A program made the position numbers and the translations under genes. A stretch of 64,000 bases of DNA from Vermamoeba vermiformis (taxonomy: Eukaryota), in assembly GCA_045837725.1 (NCBI GenBank), contig JBEWZL010000215.1, forward strand, positions 1 through 64,000, written 5' to 3'. Below, in pieces: positions 12,001-24,100 of this stretch. The notes under the pieces are model-generated. The model saw nothing but the letters and a program-made list of their open reading frames with translations. It made no database searches and was not told where the DNA came from. Position 1 is the stretch's first letter. Each line of letters starts with the position of its first letter.

Positions 12001-12070
12001 ATTCCCTTCCCTGTCTGCAAATATTGTACTTACAACATATTTGCAGACTTTCTGTTTATTGGGCAGCATC
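9070..12070 (-). pseudogene. Decayed gene or mobile-element relic with ~10 tandem ~190-225 bp G-rich units encoding a Pro-rich repeat on the minus strand
   Basis: Anchor CCAAATTGAGTGGGGACTTCAAGGGG recurs at ~9085, 9274, 9471, 9862, 10052, 10248, 10832. Minus-strand fragments repeat the peptide MQGIPRYLxHIPxEVPxQFG in different frames. Many TGA stops; GTAAGT donor near 10777. Confidence 0.55.
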
Positions 12071-13969
12071 TGAGCTGTTTTCTTGTTGTCAAGCGTGGTG
12101 TTGTGTTTGTGAGGGGGAGTAAAATGATTTTTTTTTGTTTCCAAACATTACTATTGAATTTCCTCCCTTTTCATTTAGGGAGGATATTTTTTCCCTCCCT
12201 AACTGAGAGAGGGAAAGTTTTCTGCAAATTTTAATGTTGCTTCTCGAGTTTCAAATCCGTTACTGCGTAGCAGTTTGTCTTGGAGGAATTGGGGGGGAAA
12301 CCCCCCCACACCCCCCAGCAACATTTTTTCTCATTTTTTCTTTGCTTTCACCTTGCCAAAACCCCTTCAATCTCTGATTTTGACCTATTTTTGCCTGATT
12401 TTCCCTCAATTTTGGAATTTTCGCCTCAATTTCTGTCATTTTTCCCTTTTTCTTTCAAAATCCCTTCCTGTCTCAGGGAGGGATTGCCTCGTAGGGGAAA
12501 GGATCTTCATCACTCCCTGTCTTTCTTATTGAATTCCCTTCTTGAGCCAAAGAAGGATCGTCTTCAAAAACAGCTTTCACAACCCTAACCCCGATGTTTT
12601 TTGATATTTCTCATATAAATAATAACTCTGAAGATTTGACAAACAACTCATGACAAGCTTTGAATTGCAATTCCACCGGAATTTATTGTTTAAAGATGCT
12701 TGGATTGCTTGTCATATCTAAGAAACGACTATTTCTTCATATCAGGCCCATTATGCTTGGCAATGTACAAATTATTCAAAGGTCAAACCAACTTAGATCA
12801 GAATTATTTTCTTTTGCATAAGATTCTAGTTCCAAATAGTCATTTTTAATGCAAGACAATTATGGTGAGCAAAAGAAATAGACATGAGGGGCCAACTAAC
12901 CGCACTTATTTATTGGTAAGAAGAAAAGGCAGTTAAGCCAAAGAGCAGACTTCATCACATCAAGGCTTGAGTCAGCCATCTGCTCATCTTAGCCCCCAAA
13001 ACTGCCAATCCATGACAAACCAAATACATTTCTATTTCACAAAGACCCTGGATCCAATGGTCAATTATTGGCTCCACTGTCCATCCTTAATCCTAGATCC
13101 TGGATCTATTCTGTTCCTCTCTTAAGACATCCCTATCCTATGTACTCCTATTAATGGCATTGTATCAATGTTAATACTTTGCCAAAGATTCCCAATGCCA
13201 GCATGTCAGAGATTGCATGAATCTGAACAAACCAACTTTCATTTTATTTTTATTTTGATATCAACCAACCTACCCTCTCTCTTCCATTTTTTTCTTCATC
13301 CAACCTTAACAAACTCACCTGTGTGTGGATGCAACACTTGTGAAGTGGTTGGCTGGAGAGATTAAGGATTGGTTGTTGGAGACATTTCTGATGGAGACAT
13401 GAAATGCAAAGGTTTTTTGCGGATGAAAACTCCACAAACTATAATGCAGAGCACAACAAACAAAGATTTAGCTAAGTTATGTTTTTAAAGAAAACTGTTT
13501 TTATTGCAGTGAAAGCAATTGAGTTACATCAATGGTGTTAGCAACTAGTTGCTTGAGAATACTTTCATTTCTTTTATTCAACACACCAAAGGCAGTTTGG
13601 ATGTTTATAATTTCCTTCACAATTTGTTTCTCAAGTGTGAAGCTTCACCCCTCAAATAAGGTATTGTCAAGAAGCCCACATCCCAGTACACCCTCAAAGC
13701 AAGGACAATCAGGCAGGCAAATTGAAGGAAAAACCAGGAAGAATCAGCTCTGTATCAAATAAATACAGTGTACCTTCAGAACTTGAAAATGAAAAGGAAG
13801 AAGAAAAAACACTGAAAAGATCTGGCCAAAACAAAACACCAAGCTGGCAAATTGACAAACTTCTCCAAATAACCATTGATACAAGGGCTTTGATCATGCA
13901 AGTAAAGCCAAGGGAGAGCCAGCTAAAATTACTCAATTTTTTTTCAACCACATTGTTTAAGTAAGTAAT

Positions 13970-16900
13970 TTATTGAATAATGGTACAAGTATCTCTAATA
14001 CACCCTTCTTTTGCATCACAGTATTGGTTAATAATGCCTGTTTCTAAAAAGTCATGCATTTGGTCTTGGCCTGCTTTCTCTCTGTATAAAAGTTGACTAT
14101 TAGAAGACATAGGAGAAAAATGAAAGAATACATACGCTCTTGGGCAGCCATGGGTATTATACAACTGATTTGGGGGTATGTTGTTATAGGGAGCAAGAGG
14201 AATGTCTCTGTATTTCCAAAGAACTATTCCACTGCCATTGAATGGAGCAGTGCGTTCTAATGCAAGATTAGAGTTGATTTGTCAAATTTGTGCAGCATAT
14301 AAATGTACCTGGAATGCCCCACAAAGGTTCATAAGCAGGAGCGATGGCTGAGGCATTGTAAGCACGTGCAATAATTTGAGCAGCGAGGGGAGTGACTAGC
14401 GCATCACCATATGCTGCCTGAATAAGTACTTGCTTGGAGGGAATGCCTGGCTGCACATCACGATTCATCAGCGTCAACCAACCACCCGCCTCAGCCGAGT
14501 CCCAAAAGGACTGTATTAAGGAAAATACAATACGAATGTCGAACCAAGAGTAGAACTGCAACTTCATGAACTCTGCGTACATTGTGAACGCTGTTGATCG
14601 CCCAAGCAGAAGTGCAAACGGAGCGCCGGGAACACCGAGGGTGAGACGAGTGAACTCGGGGTGGTAAGCGCCAAAACCACCGCCAACAATGCCACCTTGA
14701 GAGACGCCATAGTATTGGCGCGGAGTATCGGGGGTAATGATCGAGACACCATTGAACTTCAAAGCATCGTCTTGACTCACCTTGTTCATGAGCATCTTCA
14801 AGCCAACCACTCGACTGGCCCAGCCTTGATTGACGGACTCGGGCAAAATCGGGAATGTCGAAACATCGTTGATGAGAATACGGGCCACGATCATCACATC
14901 AAAAGCGCACATGCCGTACCAATCAGTTGCGTAGTAGACCCAATCGTAGTTGTTGGCTATCATCGCTAACATGGTGGCGTTGTAAGATTGGTCGCGGAGA
15001 CCGAACAAACCGTGACCAAACTCAAGCACCATCTTTGCGGGACGAGGATTCGAGGTCAGTGAGCAGGGAACACGCACGACAAAGTTGGTGTTGCGATTAC
15101 CAGTTGACTGTGGCTCCATAACTCGCTTGCCACCGTTCTCCCTTGGCAGCATTGAGCCGCGAGCAGTGCCATTCAAATAGTTGGGAGTGGTAAAGTGACC
15201 TGAAGCAATAATTAAGCAACGAATTCACTCTTCAAATAACTGGACTTACCCCAAATCGTTCGACCAAATGTACGATTGGCAGTGGCACCGCACTCTTTGT
15301 CGTCAATGCGATCAATCACGTACGTGAACTTGTTCTCGTTGTACAACTTGATTGCATCATCGCGCATGTGCTGGGCACGACCGAGGAGACTCTTCATTGA
15401 GGTCGTGTGGAAGTCCCAAGCAAGTTGAATTTCTTCGCGAGCGAAACCTGATGTAATTGCAGTTCAGAACTAATTAACTCGAAGTAAACTTTGTCTTACC
15501 TTGAGCAGCAAGGGTAGGGAAGATCAAAGTGTTGTATAACTGAGACGTGCCATCGTCACTCGTTGTCTTGTCAATCAGCACCTTCATGCCAGCAGTCGCA
15601 GGAATGACTTCGCCCTTCGAGTTGGTCATACGTCTGATGCCCACAACATAATGCGTGTTGAACTCGAGCGACACAGCAGGTTGCATAATTATCATAGGCC
15701 AGTGCGGGTCTACACGGTCGATTTCAACCCAGTGCGGCACTCGCTCGCCGGTCTTCGTGTCAATCAAAATTGAGCTGACATTTGACGCGCTGTACAGCTC
15801 AATGTTCCACCAGGGCACCATCGTGTCATTTGTGACATCGGGCAAGTTGAACAAGAGCGGTGCAGTCGTTGAAAATCCATCGAGATCGTTCCAATTCTCG
15901 GGATTAATGTGCGTGCCTCGCTTGGTGATCGGCAGTGTGCGCGGACCAATGTTGACACGGTAGCCAGTCTCTGTCGAGCTATCAACGGCTAAGTAATACG
16001 ATGACGGATACGGCAAAATGCACGCCGTAGTGTCGATAGGATTGCATTGGTCGAAACAAGCTGGATCGGATCGATCGGCGCAAGGATCACCGTAGTTTGT
16101 ACCAGACTGCACAGCTGACACAATAGACAATATGACGAAGATGACTATCACGATAAATACTGCAATATAGGCAACGTATTTAGCGGCAAATAACGCGCGG
16201 CGTTGATGTTCGTTCTTGGTTGGCACGTTGTACGGCTTGTCGTTCGATTGCTTGAGCCATCTCAACTTCAATGCAGTGACGACGATGAGAGCTGCGACAA
16301 GTCAAAGTGTACGTTAGTAACAGTACAAAATTGAATCACAATTCGTGCGGGAAATTCGGTAACAAAATGGGACGCGCAATATCAATTCGGGACTCTAAAC
16401 AGATTCTTGACATACAAAGAATTTGTCTCCTAATATGAGTTATTATTATTATTATGCACGTACCTAAACAGATTGCCATCGCGAATGCACTGAAGACAAA
16501 GTAAAAAACGAGACCGCTCCAAAGCCACGCCCAGTCTTCATTAATTTCACCAGTTGGCTCGAATAAGTAAGGCATGAATACTTTAGGAATGAGCACTATA
16601 AACGCGATTAAATTGATGCAAAATTCGAGGCCCAACCAAGAAATGTAGATGATCTCCAAAACCGCATAACGCTTTCGAGTGAAAACAAACGCTAAATAAA
16701 GCATAGTGGTTAATTTATATTATGGTTGTAATTTTGGCGAACTTCATCGTACCTAACCCCAAGAAAAACCAATCCAACAAAAGTTCTAACATGAATGGCA
16801 GCACAACAAAGTAAAGACCAAGCCATTGATAGAGACCAAATGCTGCAAATAATCGCAACGATACGACACCGAATGCGATATTTAGGTAGGTCTGCAGCTG

Positions 16901-17108
16901 TGTGACGATCTGGTGATCCGCGTGTCAGTTGCAATTTTCAATTAATGTCAATAGAAATTATGGACTTCGTTATTCGGCGTTATTTAAAATATTATCTGAG
17001 TTGATATTTTTGAATGCTTGCCTTGATTTTTTTTGAGTCGGTTGCAGATCCATTACTTTTGGGAGTCTTGCCTGGAGTTTCCAGCTCGATGGCTCCTTTG
17101 TTGCTCAT
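13970..17108 (-). CDS. Membrane-anchored alpha/beta hydrolase (lipase/esterase-like), bacterial-type fold with N-terminal multi-pass TM region; multi-exon
   Basis: EFGHGLFG oxyanion-type motif; YYGVSQGG nucleophile elbow; GDALV; last exons give NTHGCPR...QMHDFLETG...CTIIQ*; LPYPSSYY...NDLDGFS N-terminal domain. Joining of the TM exons (16.3-17.1 kb) and the start at 17108 are inferred from splice signals. Confidence 0.7.
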
Positions 17109-17728
17109 CGTTGCTCGTGGATTGTTGAATCAAACAACGGCACAAGAGATTTTGTGCGATATTGTGTCACATGCATGAGACAAAAACTGACAGGCTAGGA
17201 ACACGTGCGGGAGCAAGTAACCTCCACAAAAAAATAAAATTATTAAAAAACAACTGTTTGAAAAAAACAAATCAAATTTGATTTCGATTTCACCGAATTA
17301 TTACTGCTAGCAGAAATTTTATCATATTGAAAATAAAAATAAAATTATTATTGTAGTCAGCCTAACTGATCAACAACTACCACAATAATCGCGCAATTGC
17401 TGACCGACTTACATTATTGTAATAATAAAAGTTTTGTAGATGACAAAGAGGCTATTATACAGCCTGTATAATTGCAATCGCGCGATTCTTGTACTCCAAT
17501 AATTGCCATAAACCCGCCATATCCAGCACTTAGTGTTGTTTTGAGGGAAGAATGGAAGACAAAGAAGCTGCAAAAGTTTCATTTAGAGCTAAAAATAGTG
17601 CACAAAACTTTTGCGGGCTCCAAAAAGTCTAAAATACGCGCTGGTAGCTGAATTCTAGAACCACACGTAATTTTGAGAATAATCAAATCGAAAGACATCA
17701 AGACAATCGAATTAATCACGAAATATTA

Positions 17729-19532
17729 ATGGACAATCGAGAATCCGGAGTTGGTATGCCTTTAAATTGCACTTGCATAATTAATTTAAATTATTTGGTA
17801 ATATTTTTAATTAATTCATGCTAATTTCAGACGGATCCGACGATAGTATCAAAGTCGAGTGGCGTGCACCTGTCGAAGAAAGAGATTATCAAATGTAAGC
17901 ACCCTAAAATTACCAAACATTTTTAATTAATATACGTAGACGGTCCGATGCTCGTATAGATAATTATGATGGCGACGGATCTGTAGAACTGCAACCCGAG
18001 ATCGGTCAGCTGGAAGAAGTGGTGGAAGTGCCGGCTAAACCGAGCATCGCCAATGCCATTTACAATTTGGTAAGCATTCGAACTGTTTCTAAACTTTACT
18101 AAAGAGATCTCAATCAGCTAAATTACATTGTTGGAGCTGGTATATTAGGCCTTCCCTATGCCTTCAGACAGTCGGGTGTATTATTAGGATTGATACTATT
18201 ACTTTGCGTGGGCTTAGCTACGGTTTATTCTTTTTATTTATTGTTGTGGAGCAGTGACATTTCAAAGCGTAAGTAAATGTGTCGCACCGTATTTCTGTTG
18301 TAAGTTAACACGCTTCGATTAGAATATTCGTACGAATCACTGGCGCGGCACGGCATGGGCAATAAGGCCTCAACAATCGTGAAATGCATTATTATCATCG
18401 ACTCGTTCGGCACTCTTTCGGCCTATCTCATTGTCGTAGCCGATGCAGCACGAGTGTTCTTTGCAATTTTCTTGGAAGAAGGCAACATCTTGCTCGACAA
18501 ACGCGTGCTGATTTTGCTCTCGCTCGTAAGTCAAGCAAAGTTACCTCCGTGACATGTGCTGACCGACAACAGATTTTAATTCTGCCACTGTCGCTGTTAC
18601 GCAAGATTGAAGCACTCGGATTCACCTCGCTGCTATCATTATTGCCCTTGGGGTTCCTGTTAATATTGCAAATCATATTCTTGGGCACACTCGGAGTCGG
18701 TGAAGGCGTGGCCATGTTCAAGAGCAGTTTTTTCTTGGCCCTGCCGATATTCGTATTTGCATTCTCATCGCAACAAGCTTTCTTTCCAATTTACAACGGT
18801 CAGTCCTATAATATTATATTAATATAACACTATTAATATGGTACTAATGATCGCTGCAGAGTTGAAAGAGAAGAGCGGTGAACATCGTGACATGAATCGT
18901 GTGGTATTGATCTCGGTATCGATCACAATATTCTCTTATTTCACGAGCGGTTTGTTCGGCGTGTTGGTATTCCCGACCACCGCTAATGGTACGTAATTAC
19001 GGAGAACGAAGATCAAGATCCGCGGACTGACCTCATCAAAAAGGCAACATCTTGAACAGCTACCCGCACAACCTTGCAGTGTACATATTGATCTTCTCGA
19101 CGGCCGTTAGTATCATCTTGTCCTATCCCGTCATTCTTTATCCGTGCCGCTACTCAGTCGATCGACTCTTCTTCCCGTCAAAAGAGTTCTCGTATCCCCG
19201 TTTCGTTATTGAGACAATCGTGCTGATTCTATTGTCTATAGGTAAGTCATTAACGAGGTATTGAAAATCCTTCTAACACCCTGCTAGGCATTGCAACACT
19301 GATCCCTTCATTTGCGACGATTCTCGGCTTGTTTGGCTCGCTGACAAATACAGCAGTTGGATATATCCTTCCCTCCTTATTCTTTTTAACTGCAGACACG
19401 CGCCCAATCAAAGAATCAAAAAGGAAGTGGGGAGCCTTAGCGCTGATGATTATTGGAGGCGGATGTGGTCTTATTTCGGCCGTCTTGATCATTAAAGACT
19501 ATGTCGAAAGCTTTAATCCACAAGATGCGTAA
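17729..19532 (+). CDS. Amino-acid transporter, AAAP/SLC38 family; multi-exon
   Basis: NYIVGAGILGLPYAFRQSG, SYESLA, ALPIFVFAFSSQ, LSYPVILYP, GSLTNTAVGYILP; many TM segments. Confidence 0.92.
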
Positions 19533-19621
19533 AAAATGCATGTCAATTAACAAAAATGTAAATACTAAAAATCCAACCCAAAACGCCAATCTTATTTAGC
19601 AAATACACGGATGCACCACAA

Positions 19622-21035
19622 ATGAACCGAAGAGTTGTAACTGGAGCACTTGCATTATTTATTTTAGTCAACCTATATTTTCTTAGTCAGTCCTCTTTCT
19701 TTAACAAAAAATCGGGACAACCGCAACCTAATCCAGCAAATCCGCCCAAAAAGGACGAGAATGGTAAACCCAATAATGAGAATAATAATGTAGATAATGA
19801 AAACAAAAATAATGAAGAGGAGAATATGAATAACGAAGAAAGCGAAAATGAAAACGAAAATAATAATGGTGAAGAGGACACCGACAATAATAACGACGAA
19901 AATGATAACGATAGTAAGTAATATTATGCAATATTATTTACGCACAATATAATTTATTACGACATTTTAACTAAATTTAAATAATATTTCAGGTCCTACG
20001 TTGTTCGAGCCCACAGCTGTAAAGCCGTTGGATAAGAATTATAAACTATGTATTGGTGTACATTCAGCTCGTTCTTATTATGAAAAACGAAGGTAATGCA
20101 ACGCAAATAATTCCGTAATTTCCTTGCAAATCCGTTTGTTTTTCGTTAATTAACCCCTTTGCACTGAATGCAGCTCCATTCGTGAATCATGGCTGCGTGT
20201 CGCAAAATCCATGAATAATGTGCTCGTTCGATTTACTGTTGGTGATCAAGGACCTGCAGATGAGAATTCACAAATAGGAACCGATTTGCAACAGGAAGTC
20301 AAAGAGTACGCGATACTTGATAATATTCTCTTATGCTCGTGTTACTGATATTAGTCTGTTGCAGTCACGCGGACATTGCCTTGTTGCCAATGGTTGACAC
20401 GTACAACAATTTGACTCGCAAAACTGCCACGTGGTTGTGGTGGACCGCGCACATGCACGCACAGGGTCACTTCTCGTGCGAGTACGTGATGAAGACTGAT
20501 GACGACACGTGGGTCAATGTCGGAGCTGTTGTCGAGCGATTGAAAGACAAGCCCAAGCAGAAGATGGCTTACGCGTACTGGCGCGGTCCTGAGAATGTGT
20601 AAGTGATCACAATGAACGGCAAAATAGTCACGTGATTAATTATTCACGCACAGACATCGTGGTGGCAAGTGGGGTGAGCCTGATTGGCCCGTGGACAAAT
20701 ATCCGCAATACCCACACGCAGCTGGTACGTAGAATTTAGTGGCTCTTTTAGCGCACAATTATATTGATAATATCTGCACAGGTTACATTTTAAGCTCGGA
20801 TTTGGCCACCTTCTTGGGCAACGCGTTCATGGACGGATGGTTGAAACCTTACGCGAATGAAGACGCGAACATGGGCATTTGGTTGTCCATGGTCAGACAC
20901 GAGAAAATCGGCGAGTCAGGATTCTACGGCAATCACTGCTACGATAGCGTGCTCACGTTGTACGGACAGACCGCCGAGAAGATTGTGCAAATGGGTCAGA
21001 ACTTTGACAAGTGCGGCAGGCCTTGCAGATGTTAA
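19622..21035 (+). CDS. GT31 beta-1,3-galactosyltransferase-like type II membrane protein with Asn/Glu-rich stem
   Basis: N-terminal TM; DTYNNLTRKT; YVMKTDDDTWVN; YPQYPHAAGY; EDANMGIW. Confidence 0.9.
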
Positions 21036-21116
21036 TGGCAAGATTGTAGAATAAATAGCTTCTTATGTAATTAAAATGGCAAAAATGTTTATTTAAAATT
21101 CGAACAGCAAGTTACG

Positions 21117-24100
21117 TTACTTGTTGGCACGTTCCAAAATTTTTTCTATTGACAAACCACCGAGCAATTCCATCTGAGACAGTTTGATGTCAAAGTTCTT
21201 CTTCAAATTAGAAGACAATTCGACTGACAACAAAGAGTCGAGACCCAATTGCGTGAGCGGCGCGGCGGGGTTGATAGACGAGGGCTCGATGCCGAACAAC
21301 TTGGCCACGAGACGTGACAGTGACTCGATGGACACGGCAGTCTCGCCAGCACCATCGCCAGCATCGTGGTGAGCGCGATAATCGATCAAGTGCTCGACCT
21401 TCGACTTCATGAATGGGAATTGTTCGCCCAAGTGCTTGAAGTTGAAGTTACCAAATACCCATTGCACCACGCTGTCTTCGCTGATCATCAAGCGGACCTG
21501 CTCGAAGACTTGCTTGCTGGTCAAACCGCTGCTGACACCACGGAGACGCAAGATCTGTCGCTTCTTGTAGTCTTCGGCCAAGACACCGACATCTTCCACG
21601 GCAGACAAGTTGAGCACACTGACACGCTTGAAACCACGTGATCGGAGCTCGAAGGCGTACTCGTCGAGGTAGCTGTTACCAGCGGCGTAGTTGGCTTGAT
21701 CAGCGTTACCAAAGACAGATGAAATTGACGAGAACAAGACCACAAAGTCGACGGTGTTGTCGGCAGGGTTGAAAGACTCGATCAAGTTGCGACCACCGTC
21801 AATCTTGCAGTCAAGAGCACCGTGCAAAGCCTTCTCGTCCATGTTCTTAATGGCCATATCTTGCAGGGCCATGGCCATGTGCAAGATACCAACGCGAGAT
21901 GTGAGGAGACCTTGTTTGCGAGCTTCATCATAAGCAGCCTTGACGTCAGCCTGTTTGGCAACATCGGCCTTTTGCACTAGCACACGAACACCGCGTGCTT
22001 GAAGAGCGGTCAAATCTTCTTTCTGACTCTCGCTCAACGCAGCAGGACCTTGACGAGAGAGCAACAAAAAGCGAGCAGCACCTTCGTTGGACATGTACTT
22101 GACAGTCTCCCAGCCCACTGCACCGAGGCCACCAGAGATCACGTAGAGTGTCTCTGGGTGGAACACGCTGCGCTTGACGTTTTGTGAGTTGGGCCATTGA
22201 GCGCAATCAAAGTCAACGATGATCTTGCCCAAGTGCTTGCCAGACATGAGATATCTGAAGGCTTGTTCAATGTCACGAGCACCAAAGACCTTGTCAACAA
22301 TAGGGCTGATTGACTTGGACTCAGCGAGCTTAGCAACATCCTCCAAACATTTGCGCACGAAGCGAGTACCACGAGCGTCGTCCATAAGAATGTCCAATTG
22401 TACGGAGTAGAATGACAAGTCCTTCAAGAAGGGAGCCAAGCCAAGCGAAGAGTTGCCGAGGATATCGACCTTGCCGATTTCGATGAAGCGACCTCCCAAA
22501 TTCAAACTCTTCAAACCACATCTAAATCAAATCGTTAGTTATCATGCTAGACAAAGTAATTAAATTAAACACTTACTCGATAGCCTTGCCCTTGAGTGAG
22601 TTCAACACAACATCAACACCTTCGCCGTTTGTCAACTTCTTCACGTCCTTGCTCCAGATAGTGTGATCACGAGAGTCGCTGAACTTGGTCACGCCGTACT
22701 TCTCGTTCAAGAACTTGCGCTTGTCTTCGCTGCTAACAGTGGCAATGACTTCCGCACCCACGTGCTTGGCGAGCTGAATGCTTGATTGACCAATACCACC
22801 AGCACCAGAGTGGATCAACACTGTTTCACCAGCTTGCAAACGAGACTTGGCAATGAGAGCAGCGTATGAAGTGGCAAAGACGATGGGAATGGAAGCAGCT
22901 TGAACGTGTGTCATGTGATCGGGCTTCTTGACCACGAGTTCACGTGACACCTTGATGCGATTGGCGAGACATTCGTTACCAATTCCGAAGACTTGGTCGC
23001 CCTTCTTCAGGTCTGTCACGCTTGAACCAACAGCAACAACTTCTCCGGAGAATTCCAAACCGAGTTCAACTGGCTTCAAACCTCCGTTCTTGGCAGGGAC
23101 AGTAATCATACCGAGAGCCAACATCAAATCCTTAAAGTTCAATGCAGCAGCACGGACATCGACGAGAACATCTTGTTCACCGAGTGAAGAGGCTGAAGGC
23201 ACCTCGACGTAGTGCAGAGTGTTCAATTGACCACGAGTGCCAATCACTAGCTTGAAGTTGGTTCCGTCCAAGTTGGTCGACTTGGACAAGGGAGCTGACG
23301 GGTCTCGCTTGACTTCTTTGAATTTAGACACCCAAATCTTGTCGTCACGAATGGCAATTTCGTGATCGGAGAATTCCTTCGCCTTGACCAAATTGTGAAT
23401 TCGCTTGATCCACAGCTTCTCGGTCTCATGAGTAGTCTCATTAGCAAAATCGACCAAGAAAATGTTGTGGTTCGGGTATTCAGAGGCCAAAGAACGAGTG
23501 AATCCGATCAATGGAGCATCCTTTGACGAAGTGACAACGACGCTGCCGCTCTTGTTGGGCACTGGTTGCGCGCCGTGAGTGATCACGAACAAAGTTTGCG
23601 GTTGTTCAGCATTCACGATCCATTCTTGGGACTTGTGCAACAACTCTTCAACGGTGCCTCGGAACTTATGGTAATCGCTGTGAGAGTGGCCATTAGCAAC
23701 ACCATTGGGCTCTCCATTGGCATGACCGTTGGCAACACCGTTAGCGTGAGCTTCTTCGGTCTTATAAGTGGCAGGTTGAGTTTGAGCGACAATAATTGAG
23801 TGGCAAACTTCAGTGGCATCAGTTGCAACAGACACGTTGGTGAACTCTTGCTTGTTCAAGACCTTAGTCCAGCCTTCGCGTGAGAGAGCACAGTGGTTGG
23901 GACGAGTCTCCACGTCGGTGAAACCGTACCACTCGCGGAACAAGCCAAAGTACATGTTGAACCAAACGCCAGGACGAGTGGGTTCGATGGCCATAAACAA
24001 GCCATTAGGTACGAGCAAGTGCTTGATCTGAGTGAGCGCGAGATTGATGTCGGAAGTGATGTGCAATACGTTGAATGCCAAGACAATATCAACGGACTTG

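Noticed and set aside
12600-13960. Possible gene in the CpG-poor stretch before the hydrolase
   Set aside because: All frames are interrupted; probably a relic, but I could not determine strand or family.
19770-19915. AAT/GAA-rich low-complexity tract
   Set aside because: Ordinary Asn/Glu-rich stem of the GT31 protein.
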